A program made the position numbers and the translations under genes. A DNA stretch of 64,000 bases from an uncultured Gammaproteobacteria bacterium. Lineage in GTDB: Bacteria > Patescibacteriota > Patescibacteriia > Patescibacteriales > UBA12465. Below are positions 1 to 10,453 of the stretch, in pieces. The stretch lies in NCBI GenBank assembly GCA_964639785.1, contig CAZXEE010000001.1, positions 314,556 through 378,555 of the forward strand, in the 5' to 3' direction. Below the pieces are notes generated by a model. It was not told the DNA's origin and made no database searches. It was given only the letters and a program-made list of their open reading frames with translations. Numbering within the stretch: position 1 is the stretch's first letter; each line of letters opens with the position of its first letter.

Positions 1-463
1 TGTTTTAGATATCGGGCTGATTTCTTCTTTGTGGATATTCGCCGGTTATATTGTATTTAATTTTTGGAAGGAAAATATCCTAAAATATTGGCAATATTTG
101 ATGGCTGTTATTCCTTTGAGCTTAATATTTTTACCAATTCCAGATTTAAATTTGTCTTTGAGATCTTTTTCTTCCCCAGTTTATAATGTTTTTTATAGCT
201 TATTGGTAATCGTGTTTTTATTCGTTTTATTTAATAAGGTCAACAGCAGAAATAAACTTAATGATCTGTTGGGTTATCTGGGACAGAATTCAATGTTTTT
301 GTTCATATTTCATCCCTATACCAACAATATTGTTTATTTGATAATCAGCAGATTTTTTGTCGATGGTTGGTTTTTGAAATTTATCCTTTCCGGTGCTTTG
401 ATTTACTTGGCTTTGGTTATCTTTAGAAAATATTTAAATAAAGGAATCTTAAAATATGTTTGA
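1..463 (+). CDS. Partial (3' end) integral membrane protein. The ORF is open to the window start. Hydrophobic C-terminal region, possibly an acyltransferase or polysaccharide-associated membrane protein.
   Basis: Frame 2 runs with no stop from nt 2 to the stop at 463. Translation is rich in F/L/I/Y transmembrane segments. It overlaps the start of the downstream GT1 gene. Confidence 0.35.
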   Translation, partial: VLDIGLISSLWIFAGYIVFNFWKENILKYWQYLMAVIPLSLIFLPIPDLNLSLRSFSSPVYNVFYSLLVIVFLFVLFNKVNSRNKLNDLLGYLGQNSMFLFIFHPYTNNIVYLIISRFFVDGWFLKFILSGALIYLALVIFRKYLNKGILKYV

Positions 464-1496
464 TTATATTTTTGTTACCCATCTGCCTTCGTTCTATAAG
501 ATTAATTTGTACAATGAATTGTCAAAGAAATTAAATATTTATGTTATCTTTGTGGGCAAAGGTTCGGCTATCAGAACTAACGATTTTACTTCTGGGAAGA
601 TTAATTTTGATTATTGCTTCCTGTCTGATGGAAAATTTGAAGAGAGGAATGTTATTAAATCATCAATCAAATTATTTTTTGTATTGAGGAAGATTAAATT
701 TAAGAAGATTGTAGTTGGTGGTTGGGATTTGTTGGAATATTGGTTGATAGTTTTGTTAAAAAGAAAAAGCAAAAATGCTTTAGCTCTAGAGTCGGGCGTA
801 GGTGACAGTATCCATAAAGGTTTGAAGAGGTTTGTGAAGAAGTTGTTTCTAAATAGGATTAATACGGTTTTTGCTTCTGGCTCGAGCCAAAAAAAATTAT
901 TGGAAAAATTAGCTTATCACCGATTCGTTTATATAACCAAAGGGGTGGGTATAATAAATAAGGTTCAATCATCAAGAAATAATAACCAGAATTTTAGTGG
1001 TAATTTTCTGTATGTTGGTCGATTATCGGAAGAAAAAAATTTAGCAATGCTTATAAGGGTGTTTAATGATCTGCCTCAATTTAAGTTAGAAATAGTTGGT
1101 TCAGGACGTTTGGAACATAAATTAAAGGATTCGGCAGGACCAAACATTAATTTTATTGCCCATGTCGAAAATAAGGATATTAACAAGGTATTTTTAAGGA
1201 ATGATGTATTTGTCCTGCCGTCATTAAGTGAGCCATGGGGCTTGGTAGTTGAAGAGGCTTTTTATTTTGGGTTACCAGTTATATTATCTGACCGGGTAGG
1301 ATGTGCCCCTGAGCTGGTTAAAAATGGAGAAAATGGAATTATCTTTGATATTTCTTATTCTGATAATCTTAAAAAAGCGATTATTGAGATGTCCGAGAAT
1401 TATCAGATCTATCATAATAAGGCTTTAGAATTTGATTTGGATAAAAAGGATAAAGATCAGGTTGATTGCTATATAAGAGCTTTGTCTATAAATTAA
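456..1496 (+). CDS. Glycosyltransferase family 1 (GT4-like)
   Basis: C-terminal GT1 signature EPWGLVVEEAFYFGLPVILSDRVGCAPELVKNGENG (E-x7-E motif). Confidence 0.8.
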   Translation: MFDYIFVTHLPSFYKINLYNELSKKLNIYVIFVGKGSAIRTNDFTSGKINFDYCFLSDGKFEERNVIKSSIKLFFVLRKIKFKKIVVGGWDLLEYWLIVLLKRKSKNALALESGVGDSIHKGLKRFVKKLFLNRINTVFASGSSQKKLLEKLAYHRFVYITKGVGIINKVQSSRNNNQNFSGNFLYVGRLSEEKNLAMLIRVFNDLPQFKLEIVGSGRLEHKLKDSAGPNINFIAHVENKDINKVFLRNDVFVLPSLSEPWGLVVEEAFYFGLPVILSDRVGCAPELVKNGENGIIFDISYSDNLKKAIIEMSENYQIYHNKALEFDLDKKDKDQVDCYIRALSIN

Positions 1497-1497
1497 T

Positions 1498-2646
1498 ATG
1501 AAAATTTTATTAGTGCATAATAATTATCAGTCTAAGTCTATCGGCGGTGAAGATGTCGTTTTTCAACATGAGTTTTCGGCTCTGGAAAAATGTTTAGGCA
1601 CTGGCAATGTTTTTAAATATGTAGTTTATAATGATGACATCAATATTTTTAAGCTTCTTTTTACAATTTGGTTTTCGCGGAAGCATTATAATAATATTTA
1701 TAAGTTGGTTTCTGAAAATAAGATTGATTTGGTCCATGTCCATAATTTTTACCCCCTTTTAACGCCTAGTGTTTTTAGGGCTGCGAAGAAAGCCGGAGCA
1801 AAAACTATCCAGACTTTGCATAATTATAGGTGGTGGTGTATTTCTGGAATATTTTATAGGAATAATTGTGGTATTTGTGAGCTTTGTGCTCATAAAAAAT
1901 TTCCTTATTTTGGTATTATTCATAAATGCTATCGAAATTCATTTTTGCAAAGTATTTTTACTGCCCTGGCTTTATTCTTTTATAAATTAACCAACCAGAT
2001 TAAGCATATTGATAAATTTTTTGTTCTAAGTGATTCTGAGAGAAAAAAAATTATTGAGTTAGGAATAAGTTCAGAGAAGATTATTTTTAAACCGAATTTT
2101 GTTGAGGTTGAAAGTGTCGTTCATGATGGCAAAAAGGATTATATTTATGTTGGAAAACTGGATGAAAGTAAGGGGGTTTTGGAGTTGTTGAAAACCTGGA
2201 AAAAATTAGATAAAAAATACGTTTTGAGATTAATAGGTGAGGGCGAACTAAGCAATAGATCTGATGCTTTAAAGTCTGATAATATAATTTTTTTGGGGAA
2301 ATTAGATAATAAAGATACTTTGAAAGAGATAGCTAAAGCAAGATATTTAATCTCACCATCTTTAATGTTTGAGACCTTTGGCTTAACCGTCCTTGAGGCT
2401 ATGTCCCTTGGTGTTCCAGTAATTGGATTTAATATCGGTACCAGATTAGAGTTTATAAAGGATGGGGTTAATGGTTTTATTTCTAGTGTTGAAAATTTAA
2501 AGAATATGATAGAGAAATCTTATGATTTTGATGATTATTCAAGATTGAGTGAAAATGCTAGAAAATTTGCTGATAACTATTCGAAAGATAAAATAATTAA
2601 AGATCAGATATCAATTTACCAAAAAATAATTAATAATAATTTATGA
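1498..2646 (+). CDS. Glycosyltransferase family 1
   Basis: ETFGLTVLEAMSLGVPVIGFNIGTRLEFIKDGVNGF GT1 motif. The start is 2 nt after the upstream GT stop. Confidence 0.8.
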   Translation: MKILLVHNNYQSKSIGGEDVVFQHEFSALEKCLGTGNVFKYVVYNDDINIFKLLFTIWFSRKHYNNIYKLVSENKIDLVHVHNFYPLLTPSVFRAAKKAGAKTIQTLHNYRWWCISGIFYRNNCGICELCAHKKFPYFGIIHKCYRNSFLQSIFTALALFFYKLTNQIKHIDKFFVLSDSERKKIIELGISSEKIIFKPNFVEVESVVHDGKKDYIYVGKLDESKGVLELLKTWKKLDKKYVLRLIGEGELSNRSDALKSDNIIFLGKLDNKDTLKEIAKARYLISPSLMFETFGLTVLEAMSLGVPVIGFNIGTRLEFIKDGVNGFISSVENLKNMIEKSYDFDDYSRLSENARKFADNYSKDKIIKDQISIYQKIINNNL

Positions 2647-3410
2647 GATTTTCTATAATAACTCCTAGCTATAACAGTGCTAAAACCATCTCTGATACTA
2701 TTGATAGCATCATTAACCAAACCCATCAGGATATTGAATATTTAGTAATAGATGGGGCTTCAAAGGATGAGACAGTAGCCATAGTTAGTGAATACCAGAA
2801 GAAATTTCCTATTAGATTGATTTCCGAAAGAGATGCTGGTATCTATGATGCTATGAATAAAGGGGTTAAGATGGCCACCGGTGATATTGTGGGAATATTA
2901 AATTCGGATGATTTCTATTATGATAATTCTGTTTTGCAAAAGATTAATGATGTCTTTGAAAATAATCCGGATATTGATGCTGTCTATGGTGATTTAGTCT
3001 ATGTCAATCAGGACGATATCACTAAGCAAACTCGGTATTGGAAGAGTGGGGAATATAACGAAAAAAAGATAAATAGCGGCTGGATTATTCCTCATCCAAC
3101 ATTTTTTGTAAGACGTGAAGTGTATGAAAGATCTAGTAAGATATTTGATACTTCTTTCTCCTTAGCTGCTGATTATGAATTTATTCTGCGTTCGTTAAAG
3201 GTAAAAAAGATTAAAGTTAAATATCTGCCAGAGATTATCGTTAAGATGAGAGCTGGTGGGGCGAGCGGTAGTAGCTTGAAACAACGGATTAAGGGTTGGA
3301 AAGAATTGCGTCGAGCTTGGACTGTTAATTCGCTTCCAGTTCCAGCCTTTTTTATTATTAGAAGAGTGGTGGGAAAGTTTAGTCAGTTTTTGTTGAGGCC
3401 TAAGGATTAA
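2643..3410 (+). CDS. Glycosyltransferase family 2
   Basis: N-terminal MRFSIITPSYNSAKTISDTIDSIINQTHQDIEYLVIDGASKD GT2 (DxD-type) signature. The ATGA overlaps the upstream gene. Confidence 0.8.
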   Translation: MRFSIITPSYNSAKTISDTIDSIINQTHQDIEYLVIDGASKDETVAIVSEYQKKFPIRLISERDAGIYDAMNKGVKMATGDIVGILNSDDFYYDNSVLQKINDVFENNPDIDAVYGDLVYVNQDDITKQTRYWKSGEYNEKKINSGWIIPHPTFFVRREVYERSSKIFDTSFSLAADYEFILRSLKVKKIKVKYLPEIIVKMRAGGASGSSLKQRIKGWKELRRAWTVNSLPVPAFFIIRRVVGKFSQFLLRPKD

Positions 3411-3421
3411 TAAAATTTATT

Positions 3422-3937
3422 ATGAAAGAATACCTAACGGAGAATAATAAAAAGGTCAGCCGGCAGCCTTTGAAGGCTTCTTGGATGGATATCAAGGATT
3501 ATATAACTGCCCACCAAGACTTGGTAATCTGCTGCCATGACGTCTTTATAAAGTATCAGGATGGCATATTATTAGTTAACCGGGATAATTATCCGGCCAA
3601 GAACACTTTCTGGCCTATCGGCGGCCGGATTGAGAGGGGATCTGATGCTATGGAATCTCTGAAAAATAAGGTTAAGAATGAATGCGGTTTGAAGATTAAG
3701 AACATCAAGTTTCTGGGAACGGCCAGGACATTATTCAAGGCTGATCCCTTCGGCCATGGCAAGGGAACCGATACTATGAATTTAGCTTATTCAGCCGAAG
3801 GCTATGGCAAGATCAAATTAGACAAGCTCCATAATAATCCGATGATTGTCACTCTAAAAGACTACAAGAAAGGCTTGGCAATTAAGCTCCATCCCTATGT
3901 CGATGATTTCTTGAAGCAGGCTTTCAAGCAGCGTTAA
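3422..3937 (+). CDS. Nudix hydrolase, GDP-mannose mannosyl hydrolase (Gmm/NudD)-like
   Basis: WPIGGRIERGSDAMESLKNKVKNECGL resembles the Gmm-type Nudix box (GGR[VI]...E...R...E.GL). It sits beside gmd/fcl. Confidence 0.5.
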   Translation: MKEYLTENNKKVSRQPLKASWMDIKDYITAHQDLVICCHDVFIKYQDGILLVNRDNYPAKNTFWPIGGRIERGSDAMESLKNKVKNECGLKIKNIKFLGTARTLFKADPFGHGKGTDTMNLAYSAEGYGKIKLDKLHNNPMIVTLKDYKKGLAIKLHPYVDDFLKQAFKQR

Positions 3938-3953
3938 AAAATTCTTTAGGTAA

Positions 3954-3990
3954 TAAAAAAACAGTTCTAATTTAGAACTGTTTTTTTGTT
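3954..3990. terminator. Bidirectional rho-independent terminator between convergent genes
   Basis: Hairpin acagttctaa-ttt-agaactgt flanked by an A-run upstream and a T-run downstream. Confidence 0.7.
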
Positions 3991-4011
3991 TGATTTATTC
4001 TTTAATTTTAT

Positions 4012-4953
4012 CTAATCCTTAAACTCCCATCCGAAATCAGCCTTCAATACTTCTTTGACACCTTCAGCGAACGATCGAGGAGCGAAATCAGGCATAATCT
4101 CTTTGAGGCGGGTGATGTCGGTCCGTTTCTCTAGGGTTCCGTCAGGCTTGGTGGTGTCCCAAGTAATATCGGCTTTGTAGTCCATAACTTCTTCCAGGAT
4201 GGCGATGAATTCTTTGATGGAATAATCGAAGCCGGTACCGATGTTGATGATCTGGGGTTCGTTGTAGTTGTTCATCAGGAAGATGCAGGCATCAGCGGTG
4301 TCATCGACATACAGAGCTTCGCGTCTTGGTGTTCCAGTGCCCCAGAAGCTCAGAAGAGTGCCATCCTTCTTGGCATTAACGAATTTCTGGATCAGGGAAG
4401 GGATCATATGGCCATTCTGGAGGTCATAAGTGTCATTCGGTCCATACATATTAGTCGGCATGACAGCGATGGCATTAATATTATATTGCTTGCGATATAA
4501 TTCTCCAGCGACGACGCCTAAGCCTTTAGCTACGGCATAGCCTTTGTTGGTTTCTTCCAGCTTTCCGGACATAAAGCGGTCTTCATTGATAGGTTGGGGA
4601 TTTTCTTTGGGATAGATACAGGTAGAACCGGTATAGAGGATCTTAGTCTGAGGACTGAAGGTCTTGATGGCTTCCATGACATTGAGGATCATCATGGAAT
4701 TTATATACAAGAAGTCAGCCGGACGGGTTATATTGCCATATATACCCCCGACCAGACCGGCGATCATGAAGACGAATTCCGGCTGTTGGGTCTTGAAATA
4801 CTCATCCACTTGGCCTTTATCCACCAAATTAACCTCTTTGCTGCTCGGGGTGGAGATATTGGTGTATCCTTGGGCTTTCAGGCGCCGGACAATTGAGCTG
4901 CCGACTAGGCCGCTACCGCCGAAAACCGTGATTTTGCTGTCATTTTTCATCAT
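4012..4953 (-). CDS. fcl: GDP-L-fucose synthase (GDP-4-keto-6-deoxy-D-mannose 3,5-epimerase/4-reductase)
   Basis: ITVFGGSGLVGSSIVRRL Rossmann motif with an SDR-type Y..K, length 313 aa, adjacent to gmd. Confidence 0.85.
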   Translation of the reverse strand: MMKNDSKITVFGGSGLVGSSIVRRLKAQGYTNISTPSSKEVNLVDKGQVDEYFKTQQPEFVFMIAGLVGGIYGNITRPADFLYINSMMILNVMEAIKTFSPQTKILYTGSTCIYPKENPQPINEDRFMSGKLEETNKGYAVAKGLGVVAGELYRKQYNINAIAVMPTNMYGPNDTYDLQNGHMIPSLIQKFVNAKKDGTLLSFWGTGTPRREALYVDDTADACIFLMNNYNEPQIINIGTGFDYSIKEFIAILEEVMDYKADITWDTTKPDGTLEKRTDITRLKEIMPDFAPRSFAEGVKEVLKADFGWEFKD

Positions 4954-4976
4954 ACTATTGACTTTTATTAGTTTTT

Positions 4977-5663
4977 ATGATATTATTGTCGTCAGTTCTT
5001 AAACACAATCAAACCATGGAAAATTCAGTTGAAAGATTCAGAAAGATTGCCGCCCAGGAGCAATTCAAAGGGTGGCCGTTAGTTGGTAATTATGAACTGG
5101 GTGCTAAAATCCCTTTTTTCGGACAGGAGCTGAAATACACTCTCCGGACAGGCAATGGCGATGAAGAATACCATTCTTTGATCCGTCATTTTGGATGGGT
5201 GGTGGTCTTCGGGGTCACTGTCGACCGGAAAGTTATCACTCTCGTCCAATGGAAGCCTGGAGTCAATTGCGCTTCGTGGGAATTGCCTCCGGGGGGTATT
5301 GGAAAAATTGCTCCCGGTGCTACCCAATCTGAAATTACCGAAAAGTCTCAGGAGATTTATCTGCGCGAAACCGGCTATAGTGAAGGTACCTGGGAATATC
5401 TGGGAAATTCGATTATCGAAACTGGAAAATTCCGCGGTGCTGGTCCGGATGATCACGGTCTTCCGGCTCACATGTATCTGGCCACCGGTCTCAAGAAGAT
5501 TACCGATGCCCGCCAGCCCAACCGCAATGAAATTATGGAAACTCTGGAAGTTCCGTTGGATGAATTCCGGGCGGTATTGGAGTCTGGAGAGTTCACTGAA
5601 GTCAGCGCTGTCAATTGTGCCATGCTGGCTCTCATCAAGCTCAATCTCCTTACCTGGAAATGA
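4977..5663 (+). CDS. Nudix-fold protein with a degenerate Nudix box. An alternative ATG start lies at 5016.
   Basis: WELPPGGIGKIAPGATQSEITEKSQEIYLRETGY: a W-x-LPGG Nudix-like core with an insertion and an incomplete REUxEE. Confidence 0.4.
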   Translation: MILLSSVLKHNQTMENSVERFRKIAAQEQFKGWPLVGNYELGAKIPFFGQELKYTLRTGNGDEEYHSLIRHFGWVVVFGVTVDRKVITLVQWKPGVNCASWELPPGGIGKIAPGATQSEITEKSQEIYLRETGYSEGTWEYLGNSIIETGKFRGAGPDDHGLPAHMYLATGLKKITDARQPNRNEIMETLEVPLDEFRAVLESGEFTEVSAVNCAMLALIKLNLLTWK

Positions 5664-5695
5664 TCGATCGTTGAATTAAATTTAAACCTCTCAGC

Positions 5696-6736
5696 TTAAT
5701 AGTTGAGAGGTTTTTCTTTGGCCAATTCGGCCTCCATCATTATCTTTACTAATTCCTTGAATCTTACTTTTGGTTCCCAGCCCAATTTTTCTTTAGCCTT
5801 GGTGGCATCGCCTAGGAGTAATTCCACTTCAGCCGGGCGGAAGTATTTTGGATCGATCTCGATGATGGTCTTGCCGGTATTCTTGTCGATACCTTTTTCA
5901 TATAGTCCGGTTCCTTCCCAAACGATATCCATACCTAATATCTTGGAAGCTTCTTCGACAAAATCGCGGACGCTATGGGTTTCTCCGGTGGCTAGGACAT
6001 AATCATCTGGATGTTCCTGCTGGAGCATCAGCCACATGCCGTAGACATAGTCCTTGGCGTAGCCCCAATCGCGCCTAGCTTCCAGATTTCCTAGATGCAA
6101 GGTTTCTTGTTTGCCTTCTTTAATCTTGACTAAGGCTTCAGTGATTTTTTTGGTAACGAAAGTTGAGCCGCGGCGAGGTGATTCATGGTTGAACAGGATT
6201 CCGGAAACAGCGAAGAGGTCATAGCTTTCGCGATAGTTCTTGGTGATCCAGTGAGCATACAACTTGGCAACTCCATAGGGGGATCGAGGATAGAAAGGAG
6301 TATTTTCATTTTGGGGAGTCTCTTGGACTTTGCCGAACATTTCTGAGGATGAAGCTTGGTAGAACTTGGTTTTGAGATTGTCTTCTTTGATGGCATCTAA
6401 GATCCTTAGGGCTCCTAAAGCGGCGGTTTCAGCGGTATATTCTGGGATTTGGAAGCTGACTTTGACGTGGCTCTGAGCGGCTAGATTATATATCTCGTCC
6501 GGTTGGATCTTTTCTAAAAGGCGGGAAATATTAGTGGAATCAGTAATATCGCCAAAGTGAAGGAATAGTCTGGCTTCTTTTTCATGCGGATCCTGGTAGA
6601 TGTGATTTATCCGACCAGTGTTGAATGATGATGAACGTCTAATGATGCCGTGGACCTCATAGCCTTTTTCCAGGAGTAACTCAGCTAAGTATGATCCGTC
6701 TTGTCCGGTGATGCCGGTGATTAATGCTTTTTTCAT
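5696..6736 (-). CDS. gmd: GDP-mannose 4,6-dehydratase
   Basis: [40 protein letters not shown] is the canonical Gmd N-terminus. Length 346 aa. Confidence 0.9.
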   Translation of the reverse strand: MKKALITGITGQDGSYLAELLLEKGYEVHGIIRRSSSFNTGRINHIYQDPHEKEARLFLHFGDITDSTNISRLLEKIQPDEIYNLAAQSHVKVSFQIPEYTAETAALGALRILDAIKEDNLKTKFYQASSSEMFGKVQETPQNENTPFYPRSPYGVAKLYAHWITKNYRESYDLFAVSGILFNHESPRRGSTFVTKKITEALVKIKEGKQETLHLGNLEARRDWGYAKDYVYGMWLMLQQEHPDDYVLATGETHSVRDFVEEASKILGMDIVWEGTGLYEKGIDKNTGKTIIEIDPKYFRPAEVELLLGDATKAKEKLGWEPKVRFKELVKIMMEAELAKEKPLNY

Positions 6737-6746
6737 ATATATTTTT

Positions 6747-8120
6747 TTATCTCCCTTCGTGGGCCACGATGGTCTTGATAGTTTTTAATATAATAGTGAT
6801 GTCTAAGAATAATGATCGGTTCTTGATGTAGAAAAGGTCATGTTGCAATTTTTTGATAGTGTCAGCGACGGAAGCGGAATGATACTCGCCGGAGATTTGG
6901 TCCCAGCCGCTGATGCCTGGCTTGACTAAGGTACGGATGTCGAAGAAGGGAACGTTCTCTTTTAGTTCAGCGATAAACTCTGGCCTTTCCGGACGAGGTC
7001 CGATGAAGCTCATCTGTCCTTTGATGATGTTCAAGAGCTGAGGAATCTCATCAATCCTAGTCTTGCGCAATACTTGTCCAACACTGGTGATGCGCTTGTC
7101 GCCTTCGACAGTCAGGCCATAGTCATTGTTATCAGTCTTCATGGTTCGGAACTTGTACATCTTGAAAGGGATATTGTTCTGGCCCATACGGTACTGGGTG
7201 AAGAATATAGGTCCATGGCTATTGAGCTTGATGGCCAGGATAATCAGGGGCCAGAAGGGAGCTGAGAGGATCAAAAGTAATATGGCTAAAAAAAGATCGA
7301 AGCTCCTCTTGATGAACTCGAAGACCTTTTTGTCGGCTAGGTCCAGATTCTCCAAGAACCAGGATTGTCCGATGATCTCGAGCGGTACCCGGCCGGTGAT
7401 TTTTTCATAGAAATTGGGAAGGGTGGTATAGCTGATGCCGAGAGGCAGGCAGTTGAACAGGCGTTTCTTCAATTCCGGTGAATTGTTGACGTCCTTAGCC
7501 AGGATGATATTGGTAATCTTATATTTAGAGCTCAGCTCTTCTAAGCCGTCGCTTTCGTCGAAGACTTCAACTAGGTCCTTTATTTCCGGATCGATATCTT
7601 CGCCCTCGCTCAAGATGATGAATTTGATGTCATATCCCATATGGGGGCTGGCCTTGAAGTCTTTGATTAGCTCGGCCAAGTGAGGGTTGTAGCCGATGAC
7701 GCCGAGATTGTTCTTAGGCAGGCGATTCTTGAGGATATATGAGAAGAGGAAACGCCAGGAGATGAAAAGGGCTGAAAAGACGCCGGCAAAGATCAATAGG
7801 TTGGTTTTTGGGGAAATATTATTATATGGGAAGAGATAGAAGAAGATGATGGAAATGACCAGGGAAACGGCCAGGGTTTTGAGGTAATTCTCGACAAAAC
7901 GGCCCCGGTGAGCGAATTTCTTGAGGTCATATAGGCTGCCAATATAGAAGATTATGATCCAGATCAAGAAAATCAAGCTAAAAACGGCACTATTCTGTTC
8001 CCAGGAGCGGTTTTCCGGGTTCTTGAAATAGCGCAGATAGAGGGTTAGATAGAGGGCAAGATAGAAGATGGCAATATCCCCTAAAAGCAGGATAATTTGT
8101 TTTAATTTGGACTTTATCAT
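6747..8120 (-). CDS. Polyprenyl-phosphate glycosyl-1-phosphate transferase (WbaP/bacterial sugar transferase family)
   Basis: Multi-TM N-terminus with the C-terminal sugar-transferase domain ...[47 protein letters not shown]. Confidence 0.8.
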   Translation of the reverse strand: MIKSKLKQIILLLGDIAIFYLALYLTLYLRYFKNPENRSWEQNSAVFSLIFLIWIIIFYIGSLYDLKKFAHRGRFVENYLKTLAVSLVISIIFFYLFPYNNISPKTNLLIFAGVFSALFISWRFLFSYILKNRLPKNNLGVIGYNPHLAELIKDFKASPHMGYDIKFIILSEGEDIDPEIKDLVEVFDESDGLEELSSKYKITNIILAKDVNNSPELKKRLFNCLPLGISYTTLPNFYEKITGRVPLEIIGQSWFLENLDLADKKVFEFIKRSFDLFLAILLLILSAPFWPLIILAIKLNSHGPIFFTQYRMGQNNIPFKMYKFRTMKTDNNDYGLTVEGDKRITSVGQVLRKTRIDEIPQLLNIIKGQMSFIGPRPERPEFIAELKENVPFFDIRTLVKPGISGWDQISGEYHSASVADTIKKLQHDLFYIKNRSLFLDITIILKTIKTIVAHEGR

Positions 8121-8162
8121 ATAATACTATTATATCAACTTAAAACTTAAAATCAAGCTATT

Positions 8163-10235
8163 ATGCAGCCAAAAACTTATCTGGCCATTTTGAAATATGG
8201 CCTTTACGCGTCGTTCTTGAGCTTCTTTTTCATCTTCTCGAACCTGTTGTTCCCATACATCACTTCGAAACAGATCTCTTTCAATATCCTGATCGAGGTT
8301 TTGACCGTCTTCTGGGTGCTTCTGATCGCCACCTATCCGCAGTATCGGCCGAAGAAGAATTTCTTGACTTGGGGTATCCTGGTCTATTTCTTAGTTGTGG
8401 CCCTATCCTGTATCTTCGGAGTGGATTTTAACTTAAGCTTCTGGGGCAATGCGGAACGGATGCTGGGATTCTTCCATTTATTACACTTCTTATTATTCTA
8501 TCTGATCCTGATTACGGTTATGCGGAAAAAAGAGAACTGGGATCGCTTCTTTGATATCTCCATCGCTACCGCCGTCTTGATTACCGTCTATGGCTTGATG
8601 AAGGATTACCCGGCTTCCACTATCGGCAATGCCGCTTATGTCGCCGGCTTGATGATCTTCAATTTCTTTTTCGCTCTTTGGCGCCTTTTCTCTTGCCGGG
8701 ACTGGTGGCAGAGAAGCGTCTATATCGTAGCGGCCTTCTTGGTCTTGGTCGGTTTCTTCCAGGCTGACATTTCCGGAGCCCAAGCCGGATTGGTGGCTGG
8801 TTTAGGAGTCGCCGGTATCATTTTCTTCTTCTTACAGAAGGGAAAGAAGATGAAGATCGTCGGAGGCATCGTCTTGGCTTTATTGTTCTCAGCCTTAGTC
8901 CTCTTATTCGCCTATCGTTCCAATCCGGTTTTTGACAATACCAAGATCGGCAATATGTTACGCGCCTTCTCTTCGACTAACACTACCTGGAATACCCGTT
9001 TGCTTTCTTGGAATGCCGCTTATCTCGATTTCCATAACCATCCGATCTTGGGCGTCGGCCATGGCAATTATGCCCATATATTCGACAAGCATTTCACACC
9101 GAAATTCTATGAATACTCTCCGAGCGAAACTTACTTCGATCGGGCTCACAACAATATAGTAGAAATCGTTTCCACTTCTGGAGTCCTGGGTCTTTTGGCC
9201 TATTTGTCGATCTTCGTGGCTGCTTTCTATTACTTATTCAAGTCTTTCAAGCAGAAAAAGATCAATGCTTGGCAATTATCGGTCCTTTCCGGCCTAATCG
9301 TCGCTTATTTCGTCCAGAACTTGGCGGTCTTCGATTCCATGGTGACTTACGTCTCGCTCTTCGGCCTCTTAGGCTTCATCTATTACCGCTATCACCAATC
9401 TGAAATCGAGTCAGCCACTGACAAGAGATCGGCTTCCTTATCAGATGAGAAAGAATTAGGCTTATGGATAGCGCTTATCATCTTAGCCTTGGTTTTCGTT
9501 TTCCGCTTTAATATCCGCGGCTTCGATATGCTGAGCGGAACCATTGAAGGCTATCAATATGTGGCTAACGGCCAATTGGTGGCTGGTACCGAGATTTATC
9601 AGAAGACTTTCGCTAAAGAGGTCGGGTACAATCGTGATAGCCGCGCTTCTTTCATTAATCTCCTGACCGGAAATCCGAAGGCCCTCTTGTCTCTGCCAAC
9701 TGAAGATGCTAACAAAGTTTTGTCATATGCCGTTGAGTTAGCCGAGGCCAATGCCAATTACAATCCTGGCGACAGTTTGCTGGAAACCCAGCTGGCCAAG
9801 ATCGCTAATATCGCGGCTCGTTTCAACTTCAAAGATATCGACAAGTTCAATGAATATTCTGCTATCTCAGTTTCCGCTATCGATGCCGCCATTACAGCTA
9901 GCCCGGGCCGTTTCCCGTTGTATTATATCAAGTCCGACGTCCACATGACTCGAGGTGAGAAGGATGAAGCGGTGGCTGCTTTGAACAAGGCGATTGAGTT
10001 GAAGCCGGACTATGCCGAAGGCTATTGCAATCTGGCCAAGGTCTATTATTTCTTCAAAGACTTCGATCCAGCCTACAAGCAGGCTTGGACTTGTGCCAAG
10101 ATGGACAGTATCAGCTTGCTGGGTACCGGCAGCTTGGTTACGGATGCCGCCAAATATTACCGGGAGAAGGGTGATGCTGAGAGCGCCCAATATTTCGAGG
10201 ACTACTCGGCATCGTTGCAGAAGGTGGTGCAATAA
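8163..10235 (+). CDS. O-antigen ligase/polymerase-like (Wzy_C) membrane protein fused to a C-terminal TPR domain
   Basis: About 12 TM segments. RAHNNIVEIVSTSGVLGLLAY is a Wzy_C-like motif. The C-terminus carries TPR repeats (AALNKAIELKPDYAEGYCNLAKVYYF). Confidence 0.6.
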   Translation: MQPKTYLAILKYGLYASFLSFFFIFSNLLFPYITSKQISFNILIEVLTVFWVLLIATYPQYRPKKNFLTWGILVYFLVVALSCIFGVDFNLSFWGNAERMLGFFHLLHFLLFYLILITVMRKKENWDRFFDISIATAVLITVYGLMKDYPASTIGNAAYVAGLMIFNFFFALWRLFSCRDWWQRSVYIVAAFLVLVGFFQADISGAQAGLVAGLGVAGIIFFFLQKGKKMKIVGGIVLALLFSALVLLFAYRSNPVFDNTKIGNMLRAFSSTNTTWNTRLLSWNAAYLDFHNHPILGVGHGNYAHIFDKHFTPKFYEYSPSETYFDRAHNNIVEIVSTSGVLGLLAYLSIFVAAFYYLFKSFKQKKINAWQLSVLSGLIVAYFVQNLAVFDSMVTYVSLFGLLGFIYYRYHQSEIESATDKRSASLSDEKELGLWIALIILALVFVFRFNIRGFDMLSGTIEGYQYVANGQLVAGTEIYQKTFAKEVGYNRDSRASFINLLTGNPKALLSLPTEDANKVLSYAVELAEANANYNPGDSLLETQLAKIANIAARFNFKDIDKFNEYSAISVSAIDAAITASPGRFPLYYIKSDVHMTRGEKDEAVAALNKAIELKPDYAEGYCNLAKVYYFFKDFDPAYKQAWTCAKMDSISLLGTGSLVTDAAKYYREKGDAESAQYFEDYSASLQKVVQ

Positions 10236-10253
10236 TTAGAGTTATATAGATAG

Positions 10254-10283
10254 AAAGCCCGGATATTTTCCGGGCTTTTTTGG
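10254..10283 (+). terminator. Rho-independent terminator
   Basis: aaagcccggatattttccgggcttttttgg. Confidence 0.8.
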
Positions 10284-10394
10284 TTCGAAAACTAGACTAA
10301 AAACCGCTTTGAAAACTAGACTGATTATTAGACTAATTATTGCCAATATATTATTTAATATAAGCCAATATATTGATAGTCTGGATTTTTTTTG

Positions 10395-10423
10395 TTGCAA
10401 ATTTTTGAAGGGTGTGTTATGAT
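10395..10423 (+). promoter_or_regulatory. Sigma70-like promoter TTGCAA-17-TGtTATGAT (extended -10) for the Fic/Doc gene
   Basis: Hexamers with a 17-nt spacer and TG at -15/-14. The same AGGGTGTTATGAT motif recurs at 24803-24814. Confidence 0.45.
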
Positions 10424-10453
10424 ATTTTTGTGATAAAAAATAAGTCCAAAAAG

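Noticed and set aside
1769-1990. 73-aa ORF inside the second GT1 gene in another frame
   Set aside because: It is internal to a gene with a clear GT1 signature and has a hydrophobic low-complexity translation.
4594-6396. Multiple 60-160 aa ORFs antisense to or overlapping fcl, gmd and the Nudix gene (4594-4896, 4664-5002, 5079-5471, 5191-5679, 5703-6002, 6130-6396)
   Set aside because: They lie wholly inside well-supported longer genes on the opposite strand or frame, have no motifs, and have biased composition. They are shadow ORFs.
10278-10292. GGTTCGAAA T-loop-like sequence
   Set aside because: It is the tail of the terminator at 10254-10283 plus the start of the AAAACTAGACT repeats. No acceptor or anticodon arms.
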